A stretch of DNA of 64,000 bases from an uncultured Bacteroidales bacterium (GTDB lineage Bacteria > Bacteroidota > Bacteroidia > Bacteroidales > UBA4181), in contig CAYGID010000001.1 in the NCBI GenBank assembly GCA_964349835.1, positions 43,973 to 107,972 of the forward strand, given 5' to 3'. The notes under the pieces were generated by a model. That model was not told where the DNA came from and made no database searches. It saw only the letters and a list, made by a program, of their open reading frames with translations. Positions 17,926 through 28,800 of this stretch are shown here, piece by piece. How positions within the stretch are numbered: position 1 is the stretch's first letter; each line of letters starts with the position of its first letter. A program made the translations under genes and the position numbers.

Positions 17926-18549
17926 ATGGAACCCATTCTTACCTATTTTCCCGAACTCACCCCTTTGCAGCGTTCGCGTTTCGCAGCGCTTAAACCGTTG
18001 TACGAGGAGTGGAACAGCAAAATCAATGTAGTGTCGCGAAAGGACATCGAGTGCCTCTACCTTCACCACGTGCTCCATTCTCTGGCGCTGTGCAAGGTGC
18101 TGCCCGTGTTTCCGGACACTCGGATTCTCGACTTGGGCACAGGCGGCGGTTTTCCCGGGATTCCCCTGGCCATCTTCTATCCGCAGGCTCAATTTCTGCT
18201 GGTCGACTCCATCGGAAAGAAACTGAAAGTGGCCGAGGCAGTGGCCTCATCGATCGGGCTGCAAAATGTGGCCTTTGCCCACAGTCGGGTCGAGCAGGTG
18301 GAGGGCACGTTTCACTTTGTTGTGAGCCGGGCGGTGGCCAAATTACCCGAGATGGCCGAATGGGTAAAGGGGAAGTTCGAAAAAAAGAGTGCAGGAAGGG
18401 TTCGAAACGGCATATTTTGCCTGAAAGGAGGCCTCCTGGAGGAAGAACTTGCCCCCTTTTCGGGAAGAGTTACCGAGTTGGCCATCTCCGACTATTTTTC
18501 GGAACCCTATTTTGCCGAAAAGAAGATTTTGTACCTTCCGATGAGCTAA
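17926..18549 (+). CDS. rsmG: 16S rRNA (guanine527-N7)-methyltransferase
   Basis: 207 aa from the ATG at 17926 (MEPILTYFPEL...) with SAM motif LDLGTGGGFPGIPLAI. The longer track ORF overlaps the GT2 gene in another frame. Confidence 0.9.
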   Translation: MEPILTYFPELTPLQRSRFAALKPLYEEWNSKINVVSRKDIECLYLHHVLHSLALCKVLPVFPDTRILDLGTGGGFPGIPLAIFYPQAQFLLVDSIGKKLKVAEAVASSIGLQNVAFAHSRVEQVEGTFHFVVSRAVAKLPEMAEWVKGKFEKKSAGRVRNGIFCLKGGLLEEELAPFSGRVTELAISDYFSEPYFAEKKILYLPMS

Positions 18550-18605
18550 TTTGAGCTCTACCCCGAAAAAAGGGGGACACCATTTTGAAAACATCGAAAA
18601 AGGTA

Positions 18606-18613
18606 TACCTTTG
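18606..18613 (+). promoter_or_regulatory. -7 promoter box (TAccTTTG) for rpmH
   Basis: TACCTTTG lies 64 nt upstream of the rpmH ATG, with a TTG about 20 nt further upstream. Confidence 0.5.
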
Positions 18614-18676
18614 CAGTCCCAAAAAAGTAAAATTTCACTCCGTGAGGAGTTTTGTAACGTATAACAACCTATTCTA

Positions 18677-18832
18677 ATGAAAAGGACATTTCAACCCTCG
18701 ATTAAGAAAAGAAAGAACAAACACGGTTTTCGTGAAAGAATGTCAACCCCTAACGGCCGTAAGGTTTTGGCCGCACGCAGGGCAAGGGGCAGGAAGAAGT
18801 TAACCGTTTCGGACGAGTCCGCCTGCAGGTAG
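18677..18832 (+). CDS. rpmH: 50S ribosomal protein L34
   Basis: 51-codon ORF missing from the ORF track because of its size: [51 protein letters not shown]. Confidence 0.92.
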   Translation: MKRTFQPSIKKRKNKHGFRERMSTPNGRKVLAARRARGRKKLTVSDESACR

Positions 18833-18858
18833 ACTCTTTAGACCGGTTCTCCATAAAA

Positions 18859-18893
18859 AGTAAGGAATCTTTCAAAGGGTTCTTTACTTTTTT
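18859..18893 (+). terminator. rpmH rho-independent terminator
   Basis: 11-bp stem agtaaggaatc/ggttctttact (two G-U pairs) with an 8-nt loop, followed by a T-run. Confidence 0.75.
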
Positions 18894-18919
18894 GTTTCCA
18901 TACCTTATCTCTCTACCCG

Positions 18920-20065
18920 ATGTTGCATCCTTTCTACATTAACCCCACAAACGCTTCCCTTCCGGGGCTCTCCGATATGGCAGAGCCATGGCGGGGGCTG
19001 GCCCAAAAGGTGGTGGCAGGGCAACGAATTTCGGACGAGGAGGCTCTCCTGCTGCTCAACGAGGCCGAGCTGCCCTTTCTGGGGATGCTGGCCAATCGGG
19101 TAAGGGAACGTTTAAATGGGAACTTGGCCTGTTTTAACCGCAACTTTCATATTGAACCCACCAACATTTGCCGATATCACTGCCGTTTTTGCTCCTATCG
19201 CCGCACCGCGGGTGCGCCCGACAGCTGGGATTACTCGCTTTCGGAGATGCTCGACACGGTACAGGCAAAGGTGGCCGAAGGTGCTACCGAGGTGCATGTG
19301 GTGGGGGCGGTCTATCCCGGAAGGGGGTTGAAATCGGCCATCGAATTGATAGGCGCGATTCGGGCAGTTGCCCCGTTGCTCCATATTAAGGCCTACAGCG
19401 CAGTCGAATTAGATTATATGTTCTCGGCCGACGGGGTAGAACCCACCGAGGGATTGCGCCGCCTGAAAGAGGCAGGCCTCAATTCGTTGCCGGGCGGTGG
19501 TGCCGAGATTTTCGACAGCGAGATTCGCAGCGCCATCTGCCCCGAAAAAACCGACAGCCAAACTTGGCTCAACCTGCATGAAGCAGCCCATCGGCTTGGC
19601 ATTCCCTCGAATGCTACCATGCTTTACGGTCATATTGAGTCGGGGTCGCACAGAATCGATCATATGGCCAGGCTGCGCGATTTGCAAGATCGAACCGGTG
19701 GCTTTAACTGTTTTATCCCACTGAAATTCCGCGAACAGAACAATGAACTGGGGCTTTCGGTTCAGGAGCTAGGACTAGCCGATGATCTGCGGATGTACGC
19801 GGTTGCCCGTGTTTACCTCGACAATTTCAGGCATCTCAAGGCCTACTGGCCCATGTTGGGCAAGGAGGGGGCCATGGTGGCGCTCTCATACGGAGTCGAC
19901 GATCTCGACGGCACCATAGACGACACCACCCGCATCTACTCGATGGCAGGGGCCGAGGAGCAAAACCCTGCCATGAACTCACAGCAGATGGCCCACCTGA
20001 TAAGAGGCGCACAGCGTACCCCCGTTGAACGCGACAGCCTCTACAACATAATCGGCGAATTCTGA
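18920..20065 (+). CDS. Radical SAM enzyme of the MqnC/MqnE (CofH-like) family, futalosine-route menaquinone biosynthesis
   Basis: 381 aa with the CxxxCxxC cluster motif TNICRYHCRFCSY. Length and overall layout are typical of MqnE/MqnC. I cannot tell the two apart by eye. Confidence 0.7.
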   Translation: MLHPFYINPTNASLPGLSDMAEPWRGLAQKVVAGQRISDEEALLLLNEAELPFLGMLANRVRERLNGNLACFNRNFHIEPTNICRYHCRFCSYRRTAGAPDSWDYSLSEMLDTVQAKVAEGATEVHVVGAVYPGRGLKSAIELIGAIRAVAPLLHIKAYSAVELDYMFSADGVEPTEGLRRLKEAGLNSLPGGGAEIFDSEIRSAICPEKTDSQTWLNLHEAAHRLGIPSNATMLYGHIESGSHRIDHMARLRDLQDRTGGFNCFIPLKFREQNNELGLSVQELGLADDLRMYAVARVYLDNFRHLKAYWPMLGKEGAMVALSYGVDDLDGTIDDTTRIYSMAGAEEQNPAMNSQQMAHLIRGAQRTPVERDSLYNIIGEF

Positions 20066-20108
20066 TGCCGCCAACCGGTAAGGGTTTGCGGTTGTGCCCA
20101 TTTTCGTG

Positions 20109-20116
20109 TAAGTTTG
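20109..20116 (+). promoter_or_regulatory. -7 promoter box (TAagTTTG) for the PASTA-gene operon
   Basis: TAAGTTTG lies 23 nt upstream of the ATG at 20139. Confidence 0.5.
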
Positions 20117-20138
20117 CACGCATTAATGATTCTGTTCC

Positions 20139-20945
20139 ATGCGTTTTCTAAAACATTTGGGCGTCATAGCTCTCCTCAGCCTGCTGCTGATTTTGGGGGT
20201 ATTTTACCTGTTGGCAAAATATACGCGGCACAGTGAAACCATTTTGGTTCCCAGTCTGCAGGGACTCACACTCCCCGAAATTGAAGAGGTGCTCCACCGG
20301 GAGGAGCTAACCTTTGCCATTAACGATTCGGTGTACAACACCACCCAAAAACCGGGTTCGGCCATATCGCAAAACCCTTCGGCCGGCAGTATGGTAAAAA
20401 AGGGCAGGACCATCTTTCTGATTATGAATGCTTCGGAGGCCGAGATGGTGAATGTTCCCCGCGTGGTGGGAATCTCGCTCCGTCAGGCCGACCGTATGCT
20501 GACGGGGACCGGACTCCGGGTGGGACGCCTCACCTATGTTCCCGACATTGCGCGCAACAATGTGCTGGCCATCTCTTCGGGGGGCAAAAGCATTACCCCC
20601 GGCACCCCCATTGCCAAGGGCTCGGTGGTTGACCTCACCTTGGGTCGGGGCGAAGGACAAAACGCTACCGCTGTCCCTTCACTTTATGGGAAAAGCTACC
20701 GCGAGGCGCTCGATTTGTTACAGCAGGCGCAGCTAAACAGAGGTACGCTCCAATTCGACAACTCGGTAAAGAGTGGCGAAGACTCTCTGAAGGCGGTTGT
20801 TTTTAAACAGTTGCCCGAACCCTCTCTTCTTGAAAACATCACGCCGGGCGAGAGTGTCTCGATTTGGCTCACAGCTAATCCTTCGCTCATCAAAAATATC
20901 GGTTCCGAAAGTGTGGATGACATTGCAGAACCGACAGATCTTTAA
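20139..20945 (+). CDS. PASTA domain-containing membrane protein
   Basis: 268 aa with an N-terminal TM helix, followed by three ~65-aa repeats with the PASTA-like pattern (VP.l.G......A...L...gL.........). Confidence 0.78.
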   Translation: MRFLKHLGVIALLSLLLILGVFYLLAKYTRHSETILVPSLQGLTLPEIEEVLHREELTFAINDSVYNTTQKPGSAISQNPSAGSMVKKGRTIFLIMNASEAEMVNVPRVVGISLRQADRMLTGTGLRVGRLTYVPDIARNNVLAISSGGKSITPGTPIAKGSVVDLTLGRGEGQNATAVPSLYGKSYREALDLLQQAQLNRGTLQFDNSVKSGEDSLKAVVFKQLPEPSLLENITPGESVSIWLTANPSLIKNIGSESVDDIAEPTDL

Positions 20946-20948
20946 AGT

Positions 20949-22895
20949 ATGAACATCGGGGTACTTCTGATAGGTATGGGTTTTGCACTGCTCCCGGCCG
21001 CGATGCAGGAGGCCGTTGCACAGGAGGCTCTTACTCAGTATTCGGCTCCGCAAAATACGGGTGTGCATGAACGGCTATCCTCACTCGATTTCAATCCTGC
21101 CCTGCGGGCGATGCGTTTTGGGGCTGCATCCAGAGAGTGGGCTGCAACGCAGCAGCTCCGCAACAGTGAACCGATGCTCGAACTCCCCTTTTTCGAAGAT
21201 TTTTCTGCCCCGTCAACCGCTTCGGCGGTCCCCGAAGGCTATCCTTCGGCCGAACGATGGGCCAACCGACAGGTGTGGGTTAACAACAGCTGGTCTGTTT
21301 CGCCTCCCACCGTGGGAGTAGCCACCTTCGACGCGCTCAACGAAGCGGGGCAGCTCCACCCCTCGGCACCGACCGCTTCGTGGGGAGCCGACACCCTTAC
21401 CTCGCATCCGATAAACCTGGAGTATCCCGGGCAAACCGATATCTGGTTCAGTTTTTGGTATCAGCCCGAGGGGCTGGGCAACGCACCCGAAAAAAACGAC
21501 AGCCTCTTGGTCGATTTTTTTAACCCGATAACCCTCCGCTGGGAAAATGTGTGGCAGGCCCCCGGCGATACGCTGCACCCTTTCAGGCAGGTGATGATTC
21601 CCGTAAACCGCCCCGACTATCTGCAAAAGGGGTTCCGTTTCCGGTTCCGCAACAGGGTAAGCCTTATATCCGACTATTATAACCGGGGTCTCAGGGGAAA
21701 TGGCGACCACTGGCACGTGGATTATATCCGCCTCGACAAACTCAGGAGTGCCGCCGACAGCACATTCCGTGATGTGGGAGTGGTTTCGGGTCCGGGAACT
21801 CTCTTAAGCCATTACGAAGAGGTACCCTACACCCATTTTCAAGTGGCCTTCCTCTCCGAGTCGAATAGCGAACTCTCCTTCTCGTACCGGAATCTTTGGC
21901 ACACCACCCTGCTTACCGGCCGCCGTTTCAGCATAACCGATATGTGGGATCCGCAACAGCGAAGCACTTTCTATTGGGGAGGCAACGCCAACACGCTGCC
22001 GACCATCGAAACCCGATTTTCGGGACCTATCGATACCCCCTTTGTTCAGGATGCAGCCGATTCGGTTCACTATCGCATCAAAGCTTGGGTTGAGACCTTC
22101 GGGGGCGACCCCAAAGGAAACGATACGCTGGTGAGCTCTCAGACCTTCGGCCGGCGCTTTGCGCGCGACGATGGTTCGGCCGAGGCGGGATATGGCATTG
22201 AGGAGAGTGCGGGTAGTGTAGCGCTCTCTTTCAGAGCGTTTGTGCCCGATTCGCTCGATGCGGTGGAGCTCTGGCTCAATGCTACCGCGAGTAGCAGCGC
22301 CTCGCCGGCGCCTTTCAGGCTTGCGATTTGGGCCGACAATAACGGCAAACCGGGAGCGCTGCTCTATGAGTCGACCTCCGAGATCAGCGTAGTGCCCGAA
22401 AGCCGATTCCACACCTTTGCCCTCGAGAAAACAGTCAAAGTGAACGGCACATTTTACGTGGGATGGACACAGGATCACACCGACTATCTGAATGTGGGTT
22501 TCGACCGAAACCGACCCCGCCCGGGGGCTCTCTTTTACCGGATAGGGGGGGGCGGATGGTTGCCATCAGCCTTAACCGGGCAGGGGGTTGCCATGATTCG
22601 TCCACTGGCAAAACGAAGCCTTACGATTCCGGAAATTCCCGCTGAAAATGTTCAAAACGAAGTCTTTGTTTCGCCAAATCCTGCCCGAACGTCTCTACAT
22701 CTCACCTCTCCGGGGCCCGGCGTGACCCTCGAGCAGATACAACTCCTTGACCCTTCGGGGCGAGTAATTCTTACACAGAGGGGCGATGCACTGTTGCTTG
22801 AACTACCCCTGCTGCCCAACGGCCCCTATTTATTGAGAATCCGCACCTCGAACGGTAAAACTGCGGTAAAACGGTTATTGATTGCTCACCCATGA
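20949..22895 (+). CDS. Secreted protein with a T9SS type-A C-terminal sorting domain (function unknown)
   Basis: 648 aa with a signal peptide. The LPFFEDFS motif is typical of the start of a choice-of-anchor-J-like domain. The last ~80 aa (VFVSPNPARTSLHL...LPNGPYLLRIRTSNGKTAVKRLLI) match the Por/T9SS CTD pattern. Confidence 0.75.
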   Translation: MNIGVLLIGMGFALLPAAMQEAVAQEALTQYSAPQNTGVHERLSSLDFNPALRAMRFGAASREWAATQQLRNSEPMLELPFFEDFSAPSTASAVPEGYPSAERWANRQVWVNNSWSVSPPTVGVATFDALNEAGQLHPSAPTASWGADTLTSHPINLEYPGQTDIWFSFWYQPEGLGNAPEKNDSLLVDFFNPITLRWENVWQAPGDTLHPFRQVMIPVNRPDYLQKGFRFRFRNRVSLISDYYNRGLRGNGDHWHVDYIRLDKLRSAADSTFRDVGVVSGPGTLLSHYEEVPYTHFQVAFLSESNSELSFSYRNLWHTTLLTGRRFSITDMWDPQQRSTFYWGGNANTLPTIETRFSGPIDTPFVQDAADSVHYRIKAWVETFGGDPKGNDTLVSSQTFGRRFARDDGSAEAGYGIEESAGSVALSFRAFVPDSLDAVELWLNATASSSASPAPFRLAIWADNNGKPGALLYESTSEISVVPESRFHTFALEKTVKVNGTFYVGWTQDHTDYLNVGFDRNRPRPGALFYRIGGGGWLPSALTGQGVAMIRPLAKRSLTIPEIPAENVQNEVFVSPNPARTSLHLTSPGPGVTLEQIQLLDPSGRVILTQRGDALLLELPLLPNGPYLLRIRTSNGKTAVKRLLIAHP

Positions 22896-23977
22896 CAGAA
22901 GAGGAACTTTTACAAGATGTACCGGCCGAAAACGCCGAGATGTACGAACACCACCGCATTACGGTGGATAAGGGGCAGTCGCCGGTAAGAATCGACAAGT
23001 TTCTGACCCACCGCCTTGAGCACGTTTCGCGGAATAAGATTCAGAGTTCAGCCGACGCGGGGTGCATTCTGGTAAATGGTAAGGCCGTAAAATCGAGCTA
23101 TAAGATTAAACCATTAGACGAGATTTCGGTGGTGATGGCCACCCCGCCCCGCGATACCGAAATTGTACCCGAAGATATCCCACTCAATATTGTGTACGAG
23201 GATGACTCTCTGCTGGTTGTGAATAAGCCGGCAGGCATGGTGGTGCATCCCGGCTTTAACAACTACACAGGCACGCTGGTTCATGCGCTTGCCTGGCATC
23301 TGAAGGATCTGCCTCTGTTTAGCTCTGGCGAATTGCGGCCGGGACTGGTGCACCGAATCGACAAGGATACCTCCGGACTGCTTGTGGTGGCTAAGACCGA
23401 GTTTGCTATGGCGCATCTGGCCAAACAGTTTTTTGACCACAGCACCAACCGCGAATACCATGCATTGGTGTGGGGCGAAATGGAAGAAAAGGAGGGAACC
23501 TTTGTGAGCAATATTGGACGAAACCCACACAATCGGCTGCAGATGTGGATCTTTTCCGATGAGAGCGAGGGGAAACCGGCCGTTACGCACTATAAGGTGC
23601 TTGAGAGTTTTGGTTATGTGTCGTTGGTTGCGTGCAGGCTCGAAACCGGCCGGACGCATCAGATCAGGGCCCATTTCCGACACTCGGGACATCCTCTCTT
23701 CTCCGACGAGTTGTATGGAGGCAAGGAGATTTTGCGCGGAACCACCTTTACCAAGTACAAACAGTTTGTACAAAATTGCTTTAAAATGCTGCCGCGTCAG
23801 GCGCTGCACGCCCGGTTGCTTGGCTTTACCCATCCGGTAACAGGAAAACGGATGCTGTTTGAGGTCGAAATGGCCTCCGATATGGCTCGCGTGGTTGAAA
23901 AATGGCGAAACTACATTGTGGGTCGCGAGGAATTTTCGTTGCACGCAACCCCCGAAGATCATACTCTTTCTGAATGA
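22892..23977 (+). CDS. rluD: RluA-family 23S rRNA pseudouridine synthase (RluD-like)
   Basis: N-terminal S4-like region and catalytic motif HRIDKDTSGLLVVAK. It shares an ATGA overlap with the upstream gene. Confidence 0.92.
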   Translation: MTEEELLQDVPAENAEMYEHHRITVDKGQSPVRIDKFLTHRLEHVSRNKIQSSADAGCILVNGKAVKSSYKIKPLDEISVVMATPPRDTEIVPEDIPLNIVYEDDSLLVVNKPAGMVVHPGFNNYTGTLVHALAWHLKDLPLFSSGELRPGLVHRIDKDTSGLLVVAKTEFAMAHLAKQFFDHSTNREYHALVWGEMEEKEGTFVSNIGRNPHNRLQMWIFSDESEGKPAVTHYKVLESFGYVSLVACRLETGRTHQIRAHFRHSGHPLFSDELYGGKEILRGTTFTKYKQFVQNCFKMLPRQALHARLLGFTHPVTGKRMLFEVEMASDMARVVEKWRNYIVGREEFSLHATPEDHTLSE

Positions 23978-24954
23978 AAACGATTGCTTTAGTGGCCGGC
24001 GGCAACTCTGCCGAGGCCGAGGTTTCACTGCGGAGCGCTGCCTTTGTGATGTCGCAATTCGATACAACCCGCTATCTGGTCTATCTGGTTACAGTAAAGG
24101 GAACCGAATGGGCAGTACAACTCGATGGAGCCGCTTATCCCATCGATAAGAACGATTTTTCGGCCACCCTCAATGGCCAAAAGCTGCGGTTCAACGCGGT
24201 CTACATTCTGATTCACGGCACGCCGGGCGAGGACGGAAAGCTGCAGGCCTTTTTTGAGTTGTTGCACATTCCATACACCGGCTGCGGCCTGCTCACCTCG
24301 GCACTCACCTTTAACAAGTATAGCTGCAAATCGTACCTCGAGAAGTTTGGTGTCCCCATGGCCAAAGGGATTCTAATTCGCAAGGGCGAGCGTGTAAACG
24401 CCCCGGAGGTTGTGAGGGAGGTGGGACTACCCTGCTTTATAAAACCGAATAACGGCGGATCTAGTTTCGGCGTTTCGAAAATCAAGTCGGAAGCCGAACT
24501 GCTCCCGGCACTCGAAAAGGCATTTGCACACGACAGTGAGATTATTGTGGAATCGTTTCTGCAGGGCACCGAAATTACCTGTGGGTTGCTGCGCAAGGAG
24601 GGCAAATTGCGGGTTCTGCCCATTACAGAGGTGGTACCCGAAACCGAATTCTTCGATTACGAGGCCAAGTATCTGGGAAAATCGCGCGAGATTACGCCGG
24701 CCCGCATCACTCGCGAGGTATGGGAGGCATGTGAGGCACTCTCCTGCACCATTTATAATGCGTTGAATTGCCGTGGAATTGTTCGGATCGACTATATGAT
24801 CTGTAACGAGCAGCTCTATTTTCTAGAGGTGAATACCATTCCCGGAATGACGCAACAGAGTTTTGTGCCTCAGCAAATTGCGGCAGCCGAATGGAATGTA
24901 CGCGACTTTCTTACCACCCTTCTGGAGGAGGCGCTCACCGACCCCACCCGCTAA
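23974..24954 (+). CDS. ddl: D-alanine--D-alanine ligase
   Basis: 326 aa with an ATP-grasp layout and the EVNTIPGMT motif. It shares an ATGA overlap with rluD. Confidence 0.95.
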   Translation: MKTIALVAGGNSAEAEVSLRSAAFVMSQFDTTRYLVYLVTVKGTEWAVQLDGAAYPIDKNDFSATLNGQKLRFNAVYILIHGTPGEDGKLQAFFELLHIPYTGCGLLTSALTFNKYSCKSYLEKFGVPMAKGILIRKGERVNAPEVVREVGLPCFIKPNNGGSSFGVSKIKSEAELLPALEKAFAHDSEIIVESFLQGTEITCGLLRKEGKLRVLPITEVVPETEFFDYEAKYLGKSREITPARITREVWEACEALSCTIYNALNCRGIVRIDYMICNEQLYFLEVNTIPGMTQQSFVPQQIAAAEWNVRDFLTTLLEEALTDPTR

Positions 24955-25000
24955 GAACTACATCTGCACGCTGAAAAGCGCTTGGTATTCGCCACACCGA

Positions 25001-25825
25001 CTAGCCTGCCTCTGAGTCGAGTGCCATCTCGGCAGCCCATTTGTCGATAATGCCGAAGGCGAGTTGTTCGAGCCGCTCACCCTCTGAGTAGTTGGCAGGC
25101 GCTGTGAATTGCACCCTTTTGTGATGTAACAGGGGCACCGCTTTTTCGCTGCCGCCGGGGCGGTATACCGCGATGGCATAGCCTCCCTGATCTTTTACCA
25201 GTTTCATACAGGGCACATCGGTCGATCCGTCGCCGAAATAGGTCATATACCTGAAGGAGATTCGACGGTCGGCAAGGGCCATATAGGCGTTAATGCCGTC
25301 TGCATCCCACTCGTTGAGTTCGCCTTTGTTAATTCGAAACAGAAACTGGGTTTTGGTGGTGTAGTTTACAGCCAGAGCCGGCCAGAAGGCCACCCCGTTG
25401 GTGTCGTACATGAAGCCCGATGCATAGATCTTCTTAAAATGGCCACAAATGGGGCTCCCTTCTAACATTTCGCGCAAACCCGAAGAGATGATGTAGTGCT
25501 CGAGCACCACCCCTTTTTGTTCTGCGTAGCGGTTTACCCGATGAAACCAATCGAGTACCCCCGGAAAGAGTTCGATGCGGGCACCGCACTGCCGGAACGA
25601 CTCGCGGCTGATGCACATCTCTTTGTGCGTGGCCTCACGAAGCATTTCGTACATATACGACAGGATGTTGTCGCCCTGTTGCGTGCGTGCCCTCTGTTCG
25701 CAACGCGCCCAGAAATCGTTGGGGTTGAGACCCAGTTGTTGCATAAAGGCATACTCCTGCATGTTTCCGGGCGAGAGGGTACCGTCGAAATCGTAGATGA
25801 AGGCGGCCAGGGGTTCGGTTTTCAT
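25001..25825 (-). CDS. HAD-superfamily hydrolase
   Basis: Motif I FIYDFDGTL (DxDxT) and motif IV GDGSTDVPCM. Its start overlaps the stop of the upstream sensor gene by 4 nt. Confidence 0.75.
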   Translation of the reverse strand: MKTEPLAAFIYDFDGTLSPGNMQEYAFMQQLGLNPNDFWARCEQRARTQQGDNILSYMYEMLREATHKEMCISRESFRQCGARIELFPGVLDWFHRVNRYAEQKGVVLEHYIISSGLREMLEGSPICGHFKKIYASGFMYDTNGVAFWPALAVNYTTKTQFLFRINKGELNEWDADGINAYMALADRRISFRYMTYFGDGSTDVPCMKLVKDQGGYAIAVYRPGGSEKAVPLLHHKRVQFTAPANYSEGERLEQLAFGIIDKWAAEMALDSEAG

Positions 25826-28800
25826 GGTTTGTTGAGTTGTTTAACAAAATCCTTCGGCGTGGTACGAAACTGCTGAAAGAAAGATTTCGCAAAGTACGAA
25901 GGGCTGTTAAACCCTACAAGCAGGGCCACCTCATTAATTCGGTACCTTTTTTCGGAGAGGAGCCTGGCAGCCCTCTTGAGCCGTACAATTCGGATGAGAT
26001 CGTTAGGGGTAAAGCCGGTCATCTGCTTGATTTTGGCAAACAGACCCGAACGGCTCACGCAGAGTGCCTCAGCCATCTGATCGATCGAAAAGCCGGCATC
26101 GGCGATGTGCGCTTCAATCAGGGCGTCGACCTTTGTCAGGAACTCGTTGTCGGCAGGGTGTGCGCCTACGCCCGAGAGGCGGGTGAGGGGCATTTCGGCA
26201 AACCGTTTCCTGAGGAGCCGCCTCGACTCAATGAGGTTCCATACCTGGGCCCGCAGGAAGACCGGCGAAAAGGGCTTCTCAACATAGGCATCGGCTCCGG
26301 TTTGGAGCCCCTCGATTTTTGAGGCGACATCGGTTTTGGCGGTGAGAGCAATCACCGGAATGTGGCACCATAGAAGGTTGCCTTTGATTTCACGGCAGAG
26401 GGCAATCCCGTCGATTCCGGGCATCATGATATCGGTAATCACCAGGTCGGGGAGCCGCTTTCCGAGTACCGACAGCGCCTCGCCTCCGTCGGCGGCGGTG
26501 AGAACCGCAAACTCCGATTCGAAGTTTGCGGCAAGGAAGTTGCGCATTTCAACATCGTCTTCTACAATGAGAAGCGTCATCTCTGAATCGGGCTGAGAGT
26601 CGGGTGGAGATGCTTTGTTACTGCCGTTTTCGGGTTCGACCTTCTGCTCAGACTCCTGCGAAAGCGATTCCGAAAGGGGAAGAGTTACCACAAAAGTGGC
26701 ACCCGGACTGTTGTTTTCTATGGCCAGTTCTCCCTTGTGGGCCTCTACCAGGAGCTTCACGAGCGACAGTCCGATGCCTACCCCGGAATGGTCGCTACCG
26801 GCCACTTGGTAAAAGGGCTTCAAGACATTCTCCTTTTCGGCATCGGGAATTCCCTTCCCATTATCCGACACGCTGATGGCAAGCCGTGAAGGCCGTGCCG
26901 TTAGCATGCACTCCACCCGAATCTCTCCGGCAGTATACTTAATAGCGTTGCCAATCAGGTTGCCCACAATTTTTTCGAGGGCATCGGCATCAGCAATAAG
27001 AGAAGGTAGCGATTCGGGAATGCGACACTCCAAACGAATTTTTCGCAAGGTAAAGAGCGGCTCAAACCTGTCGCACACCGACTGAATGAGCGGACCCGGT
27101 TGTACGGGAGCGAAATGCATCTGGAAACGACCGCTGTCGGCCTTTTGAAAGTCGAGCCACTGTTTGGCAAGAGAGAGCAGATGGCGGCTATTGCGTTCGA
27201 CCGTTTGCAGCGCCTCTTCGATATGGGCAGGCACACCTGTGCGGTGGCTCCGAATCTTTTCGACAGGAGCCAGAATCAGGGTGAGCGGCGTTCTGATTTC
27301 ATGGGCTATATGGGTAAAAAACTGCATGCGGGTTTGATGTAGTTCGTCTTCACGTGCCTGAAACAGTTCGTCGGCTCTGCGCTGTTGGCGGGTGACCCAT
27401 CGATTGTGAAAGTAGTAGAGCAGAAAGAGCAGCAGTCCCAGTCCGCCTACCCAGTAAAATAGAAGAAATCCGGGCGAAAGCCAGAAGGGGGGAAGGATGG
27501 TAACCAGGAGTGTCCGTTCGGAGCGATTCCAAACCTCGTCGCTGTTAGAGCCTTTTATGCGCAGGGTGTAGGTGCCGGGCGACAAATTGGTGTAGGTGGC
27601 TTTACGCAGGTTAACCCCGTAGTTCCACTCTTTGTCGAACCCTTCGAGCTTGTAGGCGTAAAGGTTCCGCTGAGGCGTAACGTAACTGAGGGCCACAAAT
27701 TCTACACTGAATACATTTTGGTGGTGGACCAGAGTAATCTCTTGCAGCCACACCGGTGAGGTTTGCAAAATGCCCCCGGGTACAAGAGGCAACTCTCTAT
27801 TAAAGAGCTGGATTTGGGTGATGGCAAGGGGAGCTTCGTATCGGTTGTCGACAATCTGCTCGGGATGAAAGGCGTTAAACCCATCCGCGGTGCCGGCATA
27901 AATCTTTCCGTCGGAGCTCCGAAGAAGTGCTCCGGCTGTAAACTGGTCGCTCTGGAGGCCGTTGCTCTGGTAAAAAATCTTACTCTTGCCGGTTTCGGGA
28001 TTATACCGCACCAAACCTCTCAGAGTGGTGAGCCAGAGGAGGCCTCGGTCGGGCACCACCCCGCAGATCACTTCGTGCGATGTGGGCACTGCAACCCGTA
28101 TAAACTGATTCCTTTCGCTGTCGAACCGGCACAACCCCCCGTCGGTGGCAATCCACAACCTGTTTTGCGCGTCGAGGCACATGTCGTTGATCTGGTTGCC
28201 CGGCAGGGTGGTGGAATCGCGGGGCGAGGAGAGGTAATTGACCCACGATTCGCCTCTTTTGTCGTATACCCAGATTCCCCTTCCCTGAGTGGCAAACCAC
28301 ATGCGCGAAAGGTTGTCTTGCAATATCTTCATCACAGTGATGCCGGTCCACTTGTCGCGTTCGAAGGCGCCGGTTTGGGGGTTGAGGTGCGCGATACTGC
28401 TCATGGTGCCTGCCCATAAAACCCCCGTTTTGTCTTTATAGAGGCTATACACACTGTTCAGCTCGGAGAGGTTCGAACCGGAGGGTTGCCTGAAGGGTGT
28501 CAACCTCCCCGAAGGGGTGTCGAGCCGATAGAGTCCGTCGGTGTATGTCCCTACCCACAGGCTGTTTCCATCGAGGCAGAGGGCGTGAATATTGCCCTGC
28601 CAGGAGTCGTTCTGAGGAGAGAAATGGGCAAAACTTCCTGTTTGGGGCGAAAACTGGTGTAATCCGCCATCGTCGGTGCCCACCCAGATCTGCCCATTGG
28701 GTCCCTCGCAAAAGGAGCTCACCACATATCCTTTCATGGAGCCGGGTTCGGGCGAAGGGAAGTAGCGTTCAAAGACCCGGCTCCCGGGCGAAAGATAGTT

